A stretch of 32,000 nucleotides of DNA from Erysipelotrichaceae bacterium OH741_COT-311 (GCA_003858585.1 RQZE01000007.1:30001-62000); one strand, 5' to 3'; numbered from the stretch's first letter, positions 16,970 to 25,402 are shown. The notes: generated by a model from the sequence alone, not told the origin. Program-made: numbers and translations.

Positions 16970-17821
16970 TTATTTCTTCAAAAACGCAAGAATCGCATCT
17001 TTTTGAGCTTCCATATCTTGATATCCAAGATGATATAATTCTTTTAAACTTTCATAATCGCCAGAAAAACGATTTACCTTAATCTTTTTACTTGGTCTAA
17101 TTAAAAATGCTTCTTTCTTTTCCACTGCATCTAATACCATATCCATTTGTTTTTGATAATTAATATGTCTAACACAATAATCTTTAAATATTTGTGGATA
17201 TTTTAAATAGTTGAATTTAATCAATAAACGAGCAAAGAAACCGGCCGCCTTACGTATATATCCTTCCGGCTTTGTAACAATGACAAACTGTTTATTACAT
17301 CCATTTACCAAACTTTGTTCAAAAGGAATCATCACCTTAATCCCTGCATCTAAATATAGATGGTCATTATACTCAACAATTTTACCTGCAATTGGTAATG
17401 TACATGAAGCCTTTAAAAGTTTACATTCTTGATCTAAAGTACTTGTTTTAATAAATACAGGAGCTTGTTGTTTTAAATCGTATAGACCAATTTCATATTG
17501 ATCATTTTGATTAACAGTTTTAATATCATAATGTAAAGTCTTTACCAAAACATCATAAAACATATACTCATACCCAACTAATCTTCCCTCTCTTAGTAAA
17601 GGCTTAATACCTACATTATTTGGATTTGCTGTATATTCTACAGAAATGTTATAAAGTAAATCCTTATCTTTTAGTAAGTAACTGCATAAATGTATCGCTC
17701 CAGCTGAAATTCCCACACCATAATCAAACATGATATTATGATCAATAAACCATGACAATGCTCCAGCTGTATAGGCTCCACGCATGCCACCACCCTCTAA
17801 GACCAATCCGTATTTATCCAT
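16970..17821 (-). CDS. patatin-like phospholipase family protein
   Basis: 283 aa. Oxyanion GGGMRGAYTAG, nucleophile elbow GISAGA (G-x-S-x-G) and catalytic Asp in YLDAGIK. Confidence 0.85.
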   Translation of the reverse strand: MDKYGLVLEGGGMRGAYTAGALSWFIDHNIMFDYGVGISAGAIHLCSYLLKDKDLLYNISVEYTANPNNVGIKPLLREGRLVGYEYMFYDVLVKTLHYDIKTVNQNDQYEIGLYDLKQQAPVFIKTSTLDQECKLLKASCTLPIAGKIVEYNDHLYLDAGIKVMIPFEQSLVNGCNKQFVIVTKPEGYIRKAAGFFARLLIKFNYLKYPQIFKDYCVRHINYQKQMDMVLDAVEKKEAFLIRPSKKIKVNRFSGDYESLKELYHLGYQDMEAQKDAILAFLKK

Positions 17822-17842
17822 TGCTATATACCTTCCTTCCCT

Positions 17843-19369
17843 CTACATCAATGGTGCAAATATATTTAAAAATGCACGTATCATTTTCATAAAAATATTT
17901 GTATCTTCCATATCTTCTAAATAAATTCTTTTTGATTGTTTTAGGGTATTTAAATAATCTTCTTTCACATCTAAAACTACTTGTTTATCTGCAACCAATA
18001 CCCCACATTCATAGTGCAAATAATAACTTCGATAGTCCATATTGATAGTACCAACTAAAGCAACCAAATCATCACACACAAAATTTTTAGAGTGTAAAAA
18101 ACCCGGTGTAAATTCATAAATCTTAACACCTGCCTTTAATAGTTTTTGATAGTTATTCCGTGTTATTGCAAAAACATATTTTTTATCCGGAATTGCAGGT
18201 GTGGTGATAATCACTTCAACTCCATTTTTACTGGCACGTGTCAATGACATTGTCATATCGTAATCAATAATTAGATAGGGTGTATGAATATAAATATACT
18301 TCTTAGCTTTGTTGATTAAATTTATATGTATGTTCTTACCAATTTGTTCATCATCCGTAGGACTATCTGAAAATGGTAAAATAAATTGTTCACTTTCATT
18401 TTCCATACATGGAATCTTGAAATCTTGATATATCAGCTTACGTTTAGCAATCGCATTATAAAACTGTATAAACATTACAGTTGCACTCCAAACAGCTTTC
18501 CCTTCAATACGAATTGCACTATCTTTCCAATATCCAAATCGTTTCCACTCATTGATATATTCATCCGATAGATTAATACCACCAAAATAAGCAATTTGAT
18601 TGTCAATAACAATAAGTTTACGATGATCTCGATTATTCATCTTAATGGCCAAACGAGCTTCAAGCTTATTAAAAATAACACACTTAATACCCAATTGATT
18701 CAAATACTCTTCATAACGATATGGTAAAGTTTGTACACATCCTGCATCATCATACATGACATATACTTCAATATCTTCCTGTACTTTTTGTTGTAAAACT
18801 TCTAATATTTTATTCCACATCTTACCTTCTTTAATAATAAAAAACTCAAGAAAAATAAAATGTTTTGCTTGTTTTAAATCTTTTAAGATTACTTCAAAGA
18901 CTGCTTCACCACTTGGATAATACTGGCTTTGTGTTTTATCATAATACGGATAATACCCACAATTTTGAACATAATTAAATAAAACAGCTACATCTTCATC
19001 ATACGTTTTAATAGCACTTTGTAGATTTTTATCACGATTCAACATCGCATTGGATTCATGAATTGATTTTGTCATTTCATTGCGCAGCATCTTCGGAATT
19101 TTTTTACCACCAAATAACAAATATGCAACCCCACCAAAAAGAGGTAATGCTAAAATCAAAATACACCACGCAAGTTGAAAGGAAGGATTATCTTTTTTAT
19201 TTAAAATATAAATAACCATAACAACACTTAAAAACAATAGTGATTGTTGCAGGATGACACTATATTCTAAAGTAGAATAAAATATCTTCATTAGAAAATA
19301 AAGTTGTATCATAATAATGATACCTACAAAAATCAAACGATTAAAAATTAACAACTTTAACCTTCTCAT
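17843..19369 (-). CDS. cls: cardiolipin synthase (PLD superfamily, two HKD motifs)
   Basis: 508 aa. Two or three N-terminal TM helices. HKD-1 is HRKLIVIDNQIAYFGGINL and HKD-2 is HSKNFVCDDLVALVGTINMD. The length and architecture are those of bacterial Cls. Confidence 0.9.
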   Translation of the reverse strand: MRRLKLLIFNRLIFVGIIIMIQLYFLMKIFYSTLEYSVILQQSLLFLSVVMVIYILNKKDNPSFQLAWCILILALPLFGGVAYLLFGGKKIPKMLRNEMTKSIHESNAMLNRDKNLQSAIKTYDEDVAVLFNYVQNCGYYPYYDKTQSQYYPSGEAVFEVILKDLKQAKHFIFLEFFIIKEGKMWNKILEVLQQKVQEDIEVYVMYDDAGCVQTLPYRYEEYLNQLGIKCVIFNKLEARLAIKMNNRDHRKLIVIDNQIAYFGGINLSDEYINEWKRFGYWKDSAIRIEGKAVWSATVMFIQFYNAIAKRKLIYQDFKIPCMENESEQFILPFSDSPTDDEQIGKNIHINLINKAKKYIYIHTPYLIIDYDMTMSLTRASKNGVEVIITTPAIPDKKYVFAITRNNYQKLLKAGVKIYEFTPGFLHSKNFVCDDLVALVGTINMDYRSYYLHYECGVLVADKQVVLDVKEDYLNTLKQSKRIYLEDMEDTNIFMKMIRAFLNIFAPLM

Positions 19370-19377
19370 AGTTACCT

Positions 19378-19791
19378 CTAAAGTTTAAATGCGAATATAT
19401 ATTTCTCTGTTTCATTTCTTCGAAACAATTCATGATGAATGGGAACTCTTACTTTTTCAAGTAATGTTCCTTTTAATTTCTGAAGTGTTTTTAAAGATGC
19501 AATATTATTCGGACTACAAGTAATAATTAAACTATGCATCTTGTATTTATCTCTTGCTAATTGAAAAAGAATCTGACAAGCATAGTATGCATAATTATGT
19601 CCTCGATACCGTTGATCAATTGAATAACCTACTTGTCCAAAATAATACATGTCATCATCCATCGTAAAACGCAAATCAATTTTACCTATACGTTTCTCAT
19701 TTAAACAAATATAAAAATCAATTGACTTATCATCAACATAAATTTCTTGTAAATACAATGTATTTGTTAAAGAAACTCTACTTTTAAACAT
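19378..19791 (-). CDS. small GNAT-family (RimJ/RimL-like) N-acetyltransferase
   Basis: 137 aa. Carries GQVGYSIDQRYRGHNYAYYACQILFQLA and SPNNIASLKTLQKLKG, resembling the Acetyltransf_3 core. Confidence 0.7.
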   Translation of the reverse strand: MFKSRVSLTNTLYLQEIYVDDKSIDFYICLNEKRIGKIDLRFTMDDDMYYFGQVGYSIDQRYRGHNYAYYACQILFQLARDKYKMHSLIITCSPNNIASLKTLQKLKGTLLEKVRVPIHHELFRRNETEKYIFAFKL

Positions 19792-19795
19792 ATCT

Positions 19796-20050
19796 TTATA
19801 ACGATTGTTCTAACACACGTTTAATATCTTCTAAAGTTGGTTTTCCTTCAAATACTTTTACTTCATCAACATAAAATGTTGGTACATAAAAATAATCATA
19901 TTGATCAGCAATTTCAGGATGTTTGTTTTCTTCAATCATCTCAATTTCAATATCTTTATAACGTTCTTCTTTCTTTAATTCTTCTAAATACTTTAAAGCC
20001 TTTAAACAATAAGGGCACATTCTCAAATAAAATAACTTTACTTGTTTCAT
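19796..20050 (-). CDS. glutaredoxin-like thioredoxin-fold protein (CPYC)
   Basis: 84 aa with no signal peptide. Carries KLFYLRMCPYCLKA (CxxC at the start of helix 1) and the cis-Pro motif VPTFYV. Confidence 0.75.
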   Translation of the reverse strand: MKQVKLFYLRMCPYCLKALKYLEELKKEERYKDIEIEMIEENKHPEIADQYDYFYVPTFYVDEVKVFEGKPTLEDIKRVLEQSL

Positions 20051-20064
20051 CTTACAATCTCCTT

Positions 20065-20637
20065 TTAATCACTTAATTTTTTCATAATACGTATATAAAT
20101 ATTTTTCAACTCTTTATATTGACCATCCGATAAATTACCACCACGATAACTATTCACTAATGATAAATGTGATCCTACAATCTCTCCATTTTTAATGACA
20201 AATACTTGTGGTACATAAAGTTGATCACTTTTATTTTCTTTCAGTAAATACTCTGAAATCAAACTCATTAAAGTATCTATATCTGCTTGTTTCCCTTCAT
20301 ATTCTTGAGTTGCTTCTACGTAATAAACATAAATACCTAATGTTTCTGCTGCATCATTTAATACATGCATAGCTTGTTGACAAAATGGACATCCTGGATA
20401 ACCATAAACAACAACAGCACTGCCCCCTGAATTATTTTCGCCAGCATATAATTTGTTCGCTTGTCCAAAAGTTACTTTTTTAAATACATGTTTAGAAACA
20501 CTCATATTATGATAACTGCTCATATCAACATCTACAGAATCTAAGCTTGTTAGTGATACATTTAGCTTGGTTACTTTTTCACTACAACCTGCAAGAAGTA
20601 ATAAACTAACAAGTAAGCTACATATTATCTTGTTCAT
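20065..20637 (-). CDS. thioredoxin-like lipoprotein (CPFC), probable extracytoplasmic thiol-disulfide oxidoreductase
   Basis: 190 aa. Lipobox L-A-G-C (Cys18) after MNKIICSLLVSLLLL. Thioredoxin-fold core VVVYGYPGCPFCQQ and a VPQVFVIKNG cis-Pro region. The ATG overlaps the fruK TGA (ATGA). Confidence 0.75.
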   Translation of the reverse strand: MNKIICSLLVSLLLLAGCSEKVTKLNVSLTSLDSVDVDMSSYHNMSVSKHVFKKVTFGQANKLYAGENNSGGSAVVVYGYPGCPFCQQAMHVLNDAAETLGIYVYYVEATQEYEGKQADIDTLMSLISEYLLKENKSDQLYVPQVFVIKNGEIVGSHLSLVNSYRGGNLSDGQYKELKNIYIRIMKKLSD

Positions 20638-21560
20638 TGGATATCCTCTATCTTTTCTATTTCTATTAAATTAAAATATTGTTCTATTTTTTCTCTTGTT
20701 GCTAATCCTTTTGAAAAAGTTGTCGCTAACCCACAACAATTTGCATACTTAAAGGCATCAACTACATTGGCACCACGATTTAAACTAAAAACAAAACCTG
20801 CCACCATAGAATCTCCAGCTCCTGTTGAAGAAATTACTTCATTATGAATGGTATTTGAATAATAGGCACCATTTTGATTGACCATAATACTACCTTCTTC
20901 ACCCAATGATACAATTACATTGATGGCTCCCTCCTCGACTAACATCTTGGCATATTTTACAATCTCAGCTTGATCAACTACTACATGTTGCACCAGTTCT
21001 TCAAGTTCTTTGATATTTGGTTTAATTAATAATGGTTGATATTTTAACAATTGACTTGTTATGGTTGGATTTGTATCCAGTACAAAAGGAACGTTGTTTT
21101 CTTTTAAAGTTTTAATAATTTCTTCAACATATTCTAAAATACTTTCCGGAATGGATCCACTTAATATAAAAATATCACCTTCATCAATACGTTCAATTTT
21201 TTTCATTAAAGATTGAAAATTTTGATATGAAATAACTGGACCTTTGGCATTGTATTCTGTTTCCTGTGAATCTTTTATTTTAATATTAATACGGGTATGT
21301 CCTTCAATCGTTGTAAATGATGGCTGTAAATACTCATAACGTTGTAAAAGTGATAAATAAAAATCACTGGTAAAACCACCTAAAAAACCTAACGCACGTG
21401 TTGGAACCATAAGATTATTTAAAACAATGGAAACATTAATTCCCTTACCACCTGCTTCATAATATTCTAAATTGCTTCGGTTTGTAATTTTCAGCTTACA
21501 TGGTTTATCAAACTCTAAATAATAATCCAATGAAGGATTCAAAGTACATGTATATATCAT
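20634..21560 (-). CDS. fruK: 1-phosphofructokinase family hexose kinase (PfkB family)
   Basis: 308 aa. Carries MIYTCTLNPSLDYY, GGKGINVS (PfkB signature 1) and STGAGDSMVAG (signature 2). Confidence 0.85.
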   Translation of the reverse strand: MIYTCTLNPSLDYYLEFDKPCKLKITNRSNLEYYEAGGKGINVSIVLNNLMVPTRALGFLGGFTSDFYLSLLQRYEYLQPSFTTIEGHTRINIKIKDSQETEYNAKGPVISYQNFQSLMKKIERIDEGDIFILSGSIPESILEYVEEIIKTLKENNVPFVLDTNPTITSQLLKYQPLLIKPNIKELEELVQHVVVDQAEIVKYAKMLVEEGAINVIVSLGEEGSIMVNQNGAYYSNTIHNEVISSTGAGDSMVAGFVFSLNRGANVVDAFKYANCCGLATTFSKGLATREKIEQYFNLIEIEKIEDIQ

Positions 21561-21562
21561 TT

Positions 21563-22777
21563 TTATTCTCCTTTTACACTCACTAGATGTTTTGCGACTT
21601 CCACTGCTCTATTTAAGTCTGTAATTGAACAATACTCATAAGGACCATGAAAATTCCCACCACCACATCCAACGTTTGGACACGGAAGATTCATAAATGT
21701 TAAACGTGAGCCATCTGTACCACCACGAATAGCTTCTATTTTTGGTGTAATACCTACCGCAAGCATTGCATCTTGCATTTTATTTACAATATGCATGTGG
21801 TCTTTTAAAACTTCATACATATTGTTGTACTGAATGTTCGTAGAAATTTTAACAAGCTCTTGATTATATTTTTCATTAATAAATGTCTTAATCTTTTCAA
21901 ATAAAGCTAATTGTCGATTAAACACATCCATATCATGATTACGAACAATATATTGTAATTTACAATAACTTACATCTCCATTAAAATCAGTTAAATGATT
22001 GAATCCTTCTTTTCCTTCTGTAAATTCAGGTCGATCAAAGACCGGCAACATTGAAATAAATTCACAACCAATTAAAGAAGCATTAATCATACGACCTTTT
22101 GCACTACCTGGGTGAACAGATAATCCTTCAATTTCAATATCTACACTTGCAGCATTGAACGTTTCATAACTTAAATCATCTCCATGTCCTCCATCAAAAG
22201 TAAAGGCATAATCTGCATCAAACAATTTAACATCAAAATGATCAGCCCCTTTTCCCACTTCTTCATCTGGAGTAAAAGCAATACGAATGTCTCCATGTTT
22301 AAATTCAGGATGTGACATAATATATTCTACCAGTGTCATAATTACGCTAATTCCTGCCTTATCATCTGCTCCTAACAGTGTTGTTCCATCCGTTACCAAT
22401 AAGTCGTGTCCAATTAATTCTTCCAACTGTGTAAAACGTTGTTTTGACAATACTCTTTGGTTATTTAAAAGAATATCACTACCATCATACTTTTCGACAA
22501 TTCTCGGATTTACATTTTTACCTGAAAAATCCGGTGCAGTATCCATGTGCGCAATCAATCCTATTTTATCTGTAGGAATATTTACATTACTTGGAATAAA
22601 CGCATAGACATAACAAGTATCTGTTAAAATAACTTTTTCTACACCTAATTCTATGAGTTCTTCTTTTAAAACACGAGCCAAATCAAATTGATTTTCACTT
22701 GTTGGACTAGTGTTACTTTCTGGATTAGATGTTGTTTCAATTTTTACATAGTTTATTAAACGATCAACGGCTTTCAT
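21563..22777 (-). CDS. pepT: peptidase T (tripeptide aminopeptidase, M20B)
   Basis: The start at ATG 22777 (MKAVDRLINYVKIETTS) has a GGGGGA SD and forms an ATGA overlap with the upstream stop. Motifs: IAHMDTAPDF, GADDKAG and FTPDEEVGKGA. Confidence 0.92.
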   Translation of the reverse strand: MKAVDRLINYVKIETTSNPESNTSPTSENQFDLARVLKEELIELGVEKVILTDTCYVYAFIPSNVNIPTDKIGLIAHMDTAPDFSGKNVNPRIVEKYDGSDILLNNQRVLSKQRFTQLEELIGHDLLVTDGTTLLGADDKAGISVIMTLVEYIMSHPEFKHGDIRIAFTPDEEVGKGADHFDVKLFDADYAFTFDGGHGDDLSYETFNAASVDIEIEGLSVHPGSAKGRMINASLIGCEFISMLPVFDRPEFTEGKEGFNHLTDFNGDVSYCKLQYIVRNHDMDVFNRQLALFEKIKTFINEKYNQELVKISTNIQYNNMYEVLKDHMHIVNKMQDAMLAVGITPKIEAIRGGTDGSRLTFMNLPCPNVGCGGGNFHGPYEYCSITDLNRAVEVAKHLVSVKGE

Positions 22778-23361
22778 AAATCCCCCTTTTTCCATATACA
22801 TTCTTCTAAATATAAATTTTGAAAAATCGCATCAAAACTTGAATCCAATGGACTACATGCATAAATACCTAACTTAAAATTTGTTCCATCTAAATGACAG
22901 ATACGCATGCGCTTAAACTTCTTTCCATCGTATGAATTTTCAACTAAAAAATCGTTATCTCGTCTACTTAGTCGAAAATACATTGTTTCGATACCATTCG
23001 CTAAATTTCCGCTTGCCATATCAGAATAGGCATTTAAGGTTAATGTTGAAGTTAAAAAAGAAATCTCTTCATTTTTATGTTCAATATCTACTTTTAAATA
23101 GTTATGTTCATCTTTCATTAAAAGGATACCACACTGATCCAAACGTTTATTAAAATGATATTCTACCTTCACGGTAAATGTAAAATCTCTTTGAATATCA
23201 AACACTAAACAATGGGCACTATTAAAGATTTGATTTCCATTTGTATTATGCCATAAATTAGTATAAGGTTCAGTACCAATGATGACTTTACTTGCATCAA
23301 TCACATAATACTTTGGTTCATTAATCCACTTTAAAAGCTTTGTATTTAACTCTTTTTTCAT
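22774..23361 (-). CDS. DUF1349 (Ree1-like, concanavalin-A-like fold) protein
   Basis: 195 aa. W-INEP (LLKWINEPKYY), TEPYTNLWHNT, FTFTVKVEY and LDQCGILLM match my recollection of the DUF1349 pattern. AAGGAG RBS. Confidence 0.7.
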   Translation of the reverse strand: MKKELNTKLLKWINEPKYYVIDASKVIIGTEPYTNLWHNTNGNQIFNSAHCLVFDIQRDFTFTVKVEYHFNKRLDQCGILLMKDEHNYLKVDIEHKNEEISFLTSTLTLNAYSDMASGNLANGIETMYFRLSRRDNDFLVENSYDGKKFKRMRICHLDGTNFKLGIYACSPLDSSFDAIFQNLYLEECIWKKGDL

Positions 23362-23379
23362 AATTTAACTCCTTCGTTT

Positions 23380-23408
23380 ATTTTATCATATCTTGAAAAA
23401 GACAACAA
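23380..23408 (-). promoter_or_regulatory. candidate promoter of the DUF1349-pepT-...-patatin operon
   Basis: Minus strand: TTGTTG (23408-23403), a 17-nt spacer ending TG-A, then TAAAAT (23385-23380). Confidence 0.5.
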
Positions 23409-23422
23409 AGTAATTATAAATA

Positions 23423-23455
23423 AAATGAACTTCATGTTAAAAAGGAAGTTCATTT
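23423..23455 (-). terminator. second hairpin downstream of the flavoprotein gene
   Basis: AAATGAACTTC (23423-23433) / GAAGTTCATTT (23445-23455), an 11-bp stem with an 11-nt loop. It is followed on the minus strand by TATTTATAATT, a weak U-tract. Confidence 0.45.
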
Positions 23456-23475
23456 ATATTAATCAAAATACTATT

Positions 23476-23506
23476 AAAAAACACCTTACAATGAAGTAAA
23501 GTGTTT
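23476..23506 (-). terminator. Rho-independent terminator of the flavoprotein reductase gene
   Basis: Minus strand: AAACAC-T-TTAC...GTAA-G-GTGTTT (4+4 bp stem with one mismatch, 6-nt loop), then TTTTTAAT. It starts 6 nt after the stop at 23512. Confidence 0.6.
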
Positions 23507-23511
23507 ATTTT

Positions 23512-25374
23512 TTATTTTGCAGATGCTGCAGCATTTTTACCAGCAATGCGTCCAAATACGATAATATCTGCAACAGCATTACCACCTAAACGATTTGCCC
23601 CATGCACACCACCAGTAACTTCACCAGCAGCATATAAGCCTTTGATTACCTCTCCATTTGTATTTAATACTTCTGCATTTGCATTGATTTGTAATCCACC
23701 CATTGTATGGTGAACACCAGGAGCAACTTTAATTGCATAGTATGGAGCTGTATCTAATTTTTCAGCAAATGATGTGCGATTAAATTCAGCATCATTTTTC
23801 GCTTCTACTGCTTGGTTCCATGTTTCTAATGTAGCTTTTAAGTTTTCTGCATCTACTTCAATAACTTTCGCTAAATCTTCTAACGTTTCTCCAGTCACTG
23901 TATAACCTTTTGAAATGTAACTTGCAATTACACTTGAAGAATCAACCATTCTTTGGTCAATGATTAAGTATGCAAATCCACCCGGTTGAGCAACTTCAGC
24001 AGCTGAAACAGCATCACGTGTTCCAACTTCATCAACGAAACGTTTCCCTTCTGAGTTAACTAAGATTGCACCATCGCCACGTAAACCTTCCGTAATCAAT
24101 CCTGAGCTATTTTGTTCTACTGTAGGGTGAATTTGGATTTGATCCATATCCACTACATTAGCACCAATTGCTTGTGCAAAGACGATACCATCACCAGTGA
24201 TTGCAGGTGAGTTGGTTGTAACAAATCCCTTTAATTCTGGTTTGAATTTTGTAACCATTTCAATATTAGCACCAAAACCACCTGTTGCAATAACAACTGA
24301 TTTTGCATTTACTGTATAAGTATCTGATTTAGCACCTACTACAACACCTTCATTTACTAATAATTCAGTAACTTGAGCATCATAAATAATTTCAACGCCT
24401 TTTTTAGTTGCAACTTCTGTTAAAATCGGAACAAGGTAAGAACCTACCGCAATTGTTTTACCTTCCGCATTCACCGGACGGTGAATACGTTTTACACTTG
24501 CACCACCAAAGCTAGATACTGAAGATAAATCAGCACCGTTTGCTTTTAACCATTCTACTGTTTCAGCAGAATTTTCAACCAACACTTTAACTAATTCAGG
24601 ATTGTTTACATTTTTACCGCCAACTAAAGTGTCTAACATGAATAATTCTGTTGAATCAAAATATCCTTGAGGGTTTGCTAAATAATCTTGATATTGTTTT
24701 TCAACTGTAGCAATTAATTCAGATAATTCCGGATATTTTTCTTTTGCTGTTTCTAATTTCTTTTCTAAACTGCTTCCTTCTTCAAATGTATTTTGATCTT
24801 GATTCACAGTTTTTGCAGCGTTCATACCACCAGTACTTCTTGTAGTATTACCACCTGTAATTGCTGTTTTTTCTAAAATAACAACTTTTTTACCAGCATC
24901 AGCTGCTTCAATTGCAGCTGATAAACCAGCTCCACCAGCACCGATTACTAATACATCAGCATCAATTACTTGTGCTTCTTTTTTATTGCTTTCTTTTTTC
25001 ACTAATTTTTTAGCGTCTACTCCTGCTTGTTTTAAAGCAAGTGTTACAGCTTCAACAATAGCTTCACTTGACATTGTTGCTCCACTGATAATGTCAATGT
25101 CTACCGATTGTGTATCAACAATTTGTTGTGGTAATTTTTCAGCAGCTACTGAACCAATACCATCTGTTTCTTTGTGTGACAATACTTTTACTGATTCAAT
25201 TGCACTATCACTTGTAACTACTTCAACGCTAATTGGAGTTTCTTTATTAAACCCAAATGCTTCAGCTGTGTAAGTACCAGCTTTAAATGAAATTTCTTTT
25301 TTAGTACTTGTATTACAAGCAACTAAAGATAAACTCATTAAAAATGCAATTGCAATAACGAATAACTTCTTCAT
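23512..25374 (-). CDS. lipoprotein flavocytochrome-c-type reductase: N-terminal FMN-binding (flavinylation) domain + FAD-dependent fumarate-reductase-like domain
   Basis: 620 aa. Lipobox L-V-A-C (Cys20). FMN_bind domain with DIDIISGATMSS (Thr100, codon 25075-25077). FAD fold DVLVIGAGGAGLSAAIEAADAGKKVVILEK. Catalytic-region motifs IQIHPT, LITEGLRGDGAILVN, GTRD, GVHHTMGG and GANRLGGNA. Confidence 0.88.
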   Translation of the reverse strand: MKKLFVIAIAFLMSLSLVACNTSTKKEISFKAGTYTAEAFGFNKETPISVEVVTSDSAIESVKVLSHKETDGIGSVAAEKLPQQIVDTQSVDIDIISGATMSSEAIVEAVTLALKQAGVDAKKLVKKESNKKEAQVIDADVLVIGAGGAGLSAAIEAADAGKKVVILEKTAITGGNTTRSTGGMNAAKTVNQDQNTFEEGSSLEKKLETAKEKYPELSELIATVEKQYQDYLANPQGYFDSTELFMLDTLVGGKNVNNPELVKVLVENSAETVEWLKANGADLSSVSSFGGASVKRIHRPVNAEGKTIAVGSYLVPILTEVATKKGVEIIYDAQVTELLVNEGVVVGAKSDTYTVNAKSVVIATGGFGANIEMVTKFKPELKGFVTTNSPAITGDGIVFAQAIGANVVDMDQIQIHPTVEQNSSGLITEGLRGDGAILVNSEGKRFVDEVGTRDAVSAAEVAQPGGFAYLIIDQRMVDSSSVIASYISKGYTVTGETLEDLAKVIEVDAENLKATLETWNQAVEAKNDAEFNRTSFAEKLDTAPYYAIKVAPGVHHTMGGLQINANAEVLNTNGEVIKGLYAAGEVTGGVHGANRLGGNAVADIIVFGRIAGKNAAASAK

Positions 25375-25402
25375 CTTATTTCTCCTTTTTTAATGCATAG
25401 TT

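Noticed and set aside
16970-19369. Patatin-like lipase + PLD-family protein as a phage-defence effector pair (CBASS/PLD-nuclease-like)
   Set aside because: The PLD protein has the full cardiolipin-synthase architecture (N-terminal TM helices, two HKD motifs, ~500 aa). There is no cyclase, sensor or nuclease partner, and the neighbours are housekeeping genes.
19378-20050. Small protein + GNAT as a possible GNAT-toxin/antitoxin (TacAT/AtaRT-like) pair
   Set aside because: The 84-aa upstream protein is clearly a thioredoxin-fold CPYC protein with a cis-Pro loop, not an RHH/DUF1778 antitoxin. The GNAT resembles RimJ/RimL-type enzymes and is embedded in a long operon.
23512-25374. Higher GC of the flavoprotein gene (about 40% on a sampled line, versus 17-33% in neighbours) as evidence of horizontal transfer
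   Set aside because: The P-type ATPase gene shows similar GC on a sampled line. Gly/Ala-rich conserved enzymes raise GC in AT-rich genomes. There are no flanking repeats, integrase or tRNA. A proper codon-usage or k-mer analysis would be needed.
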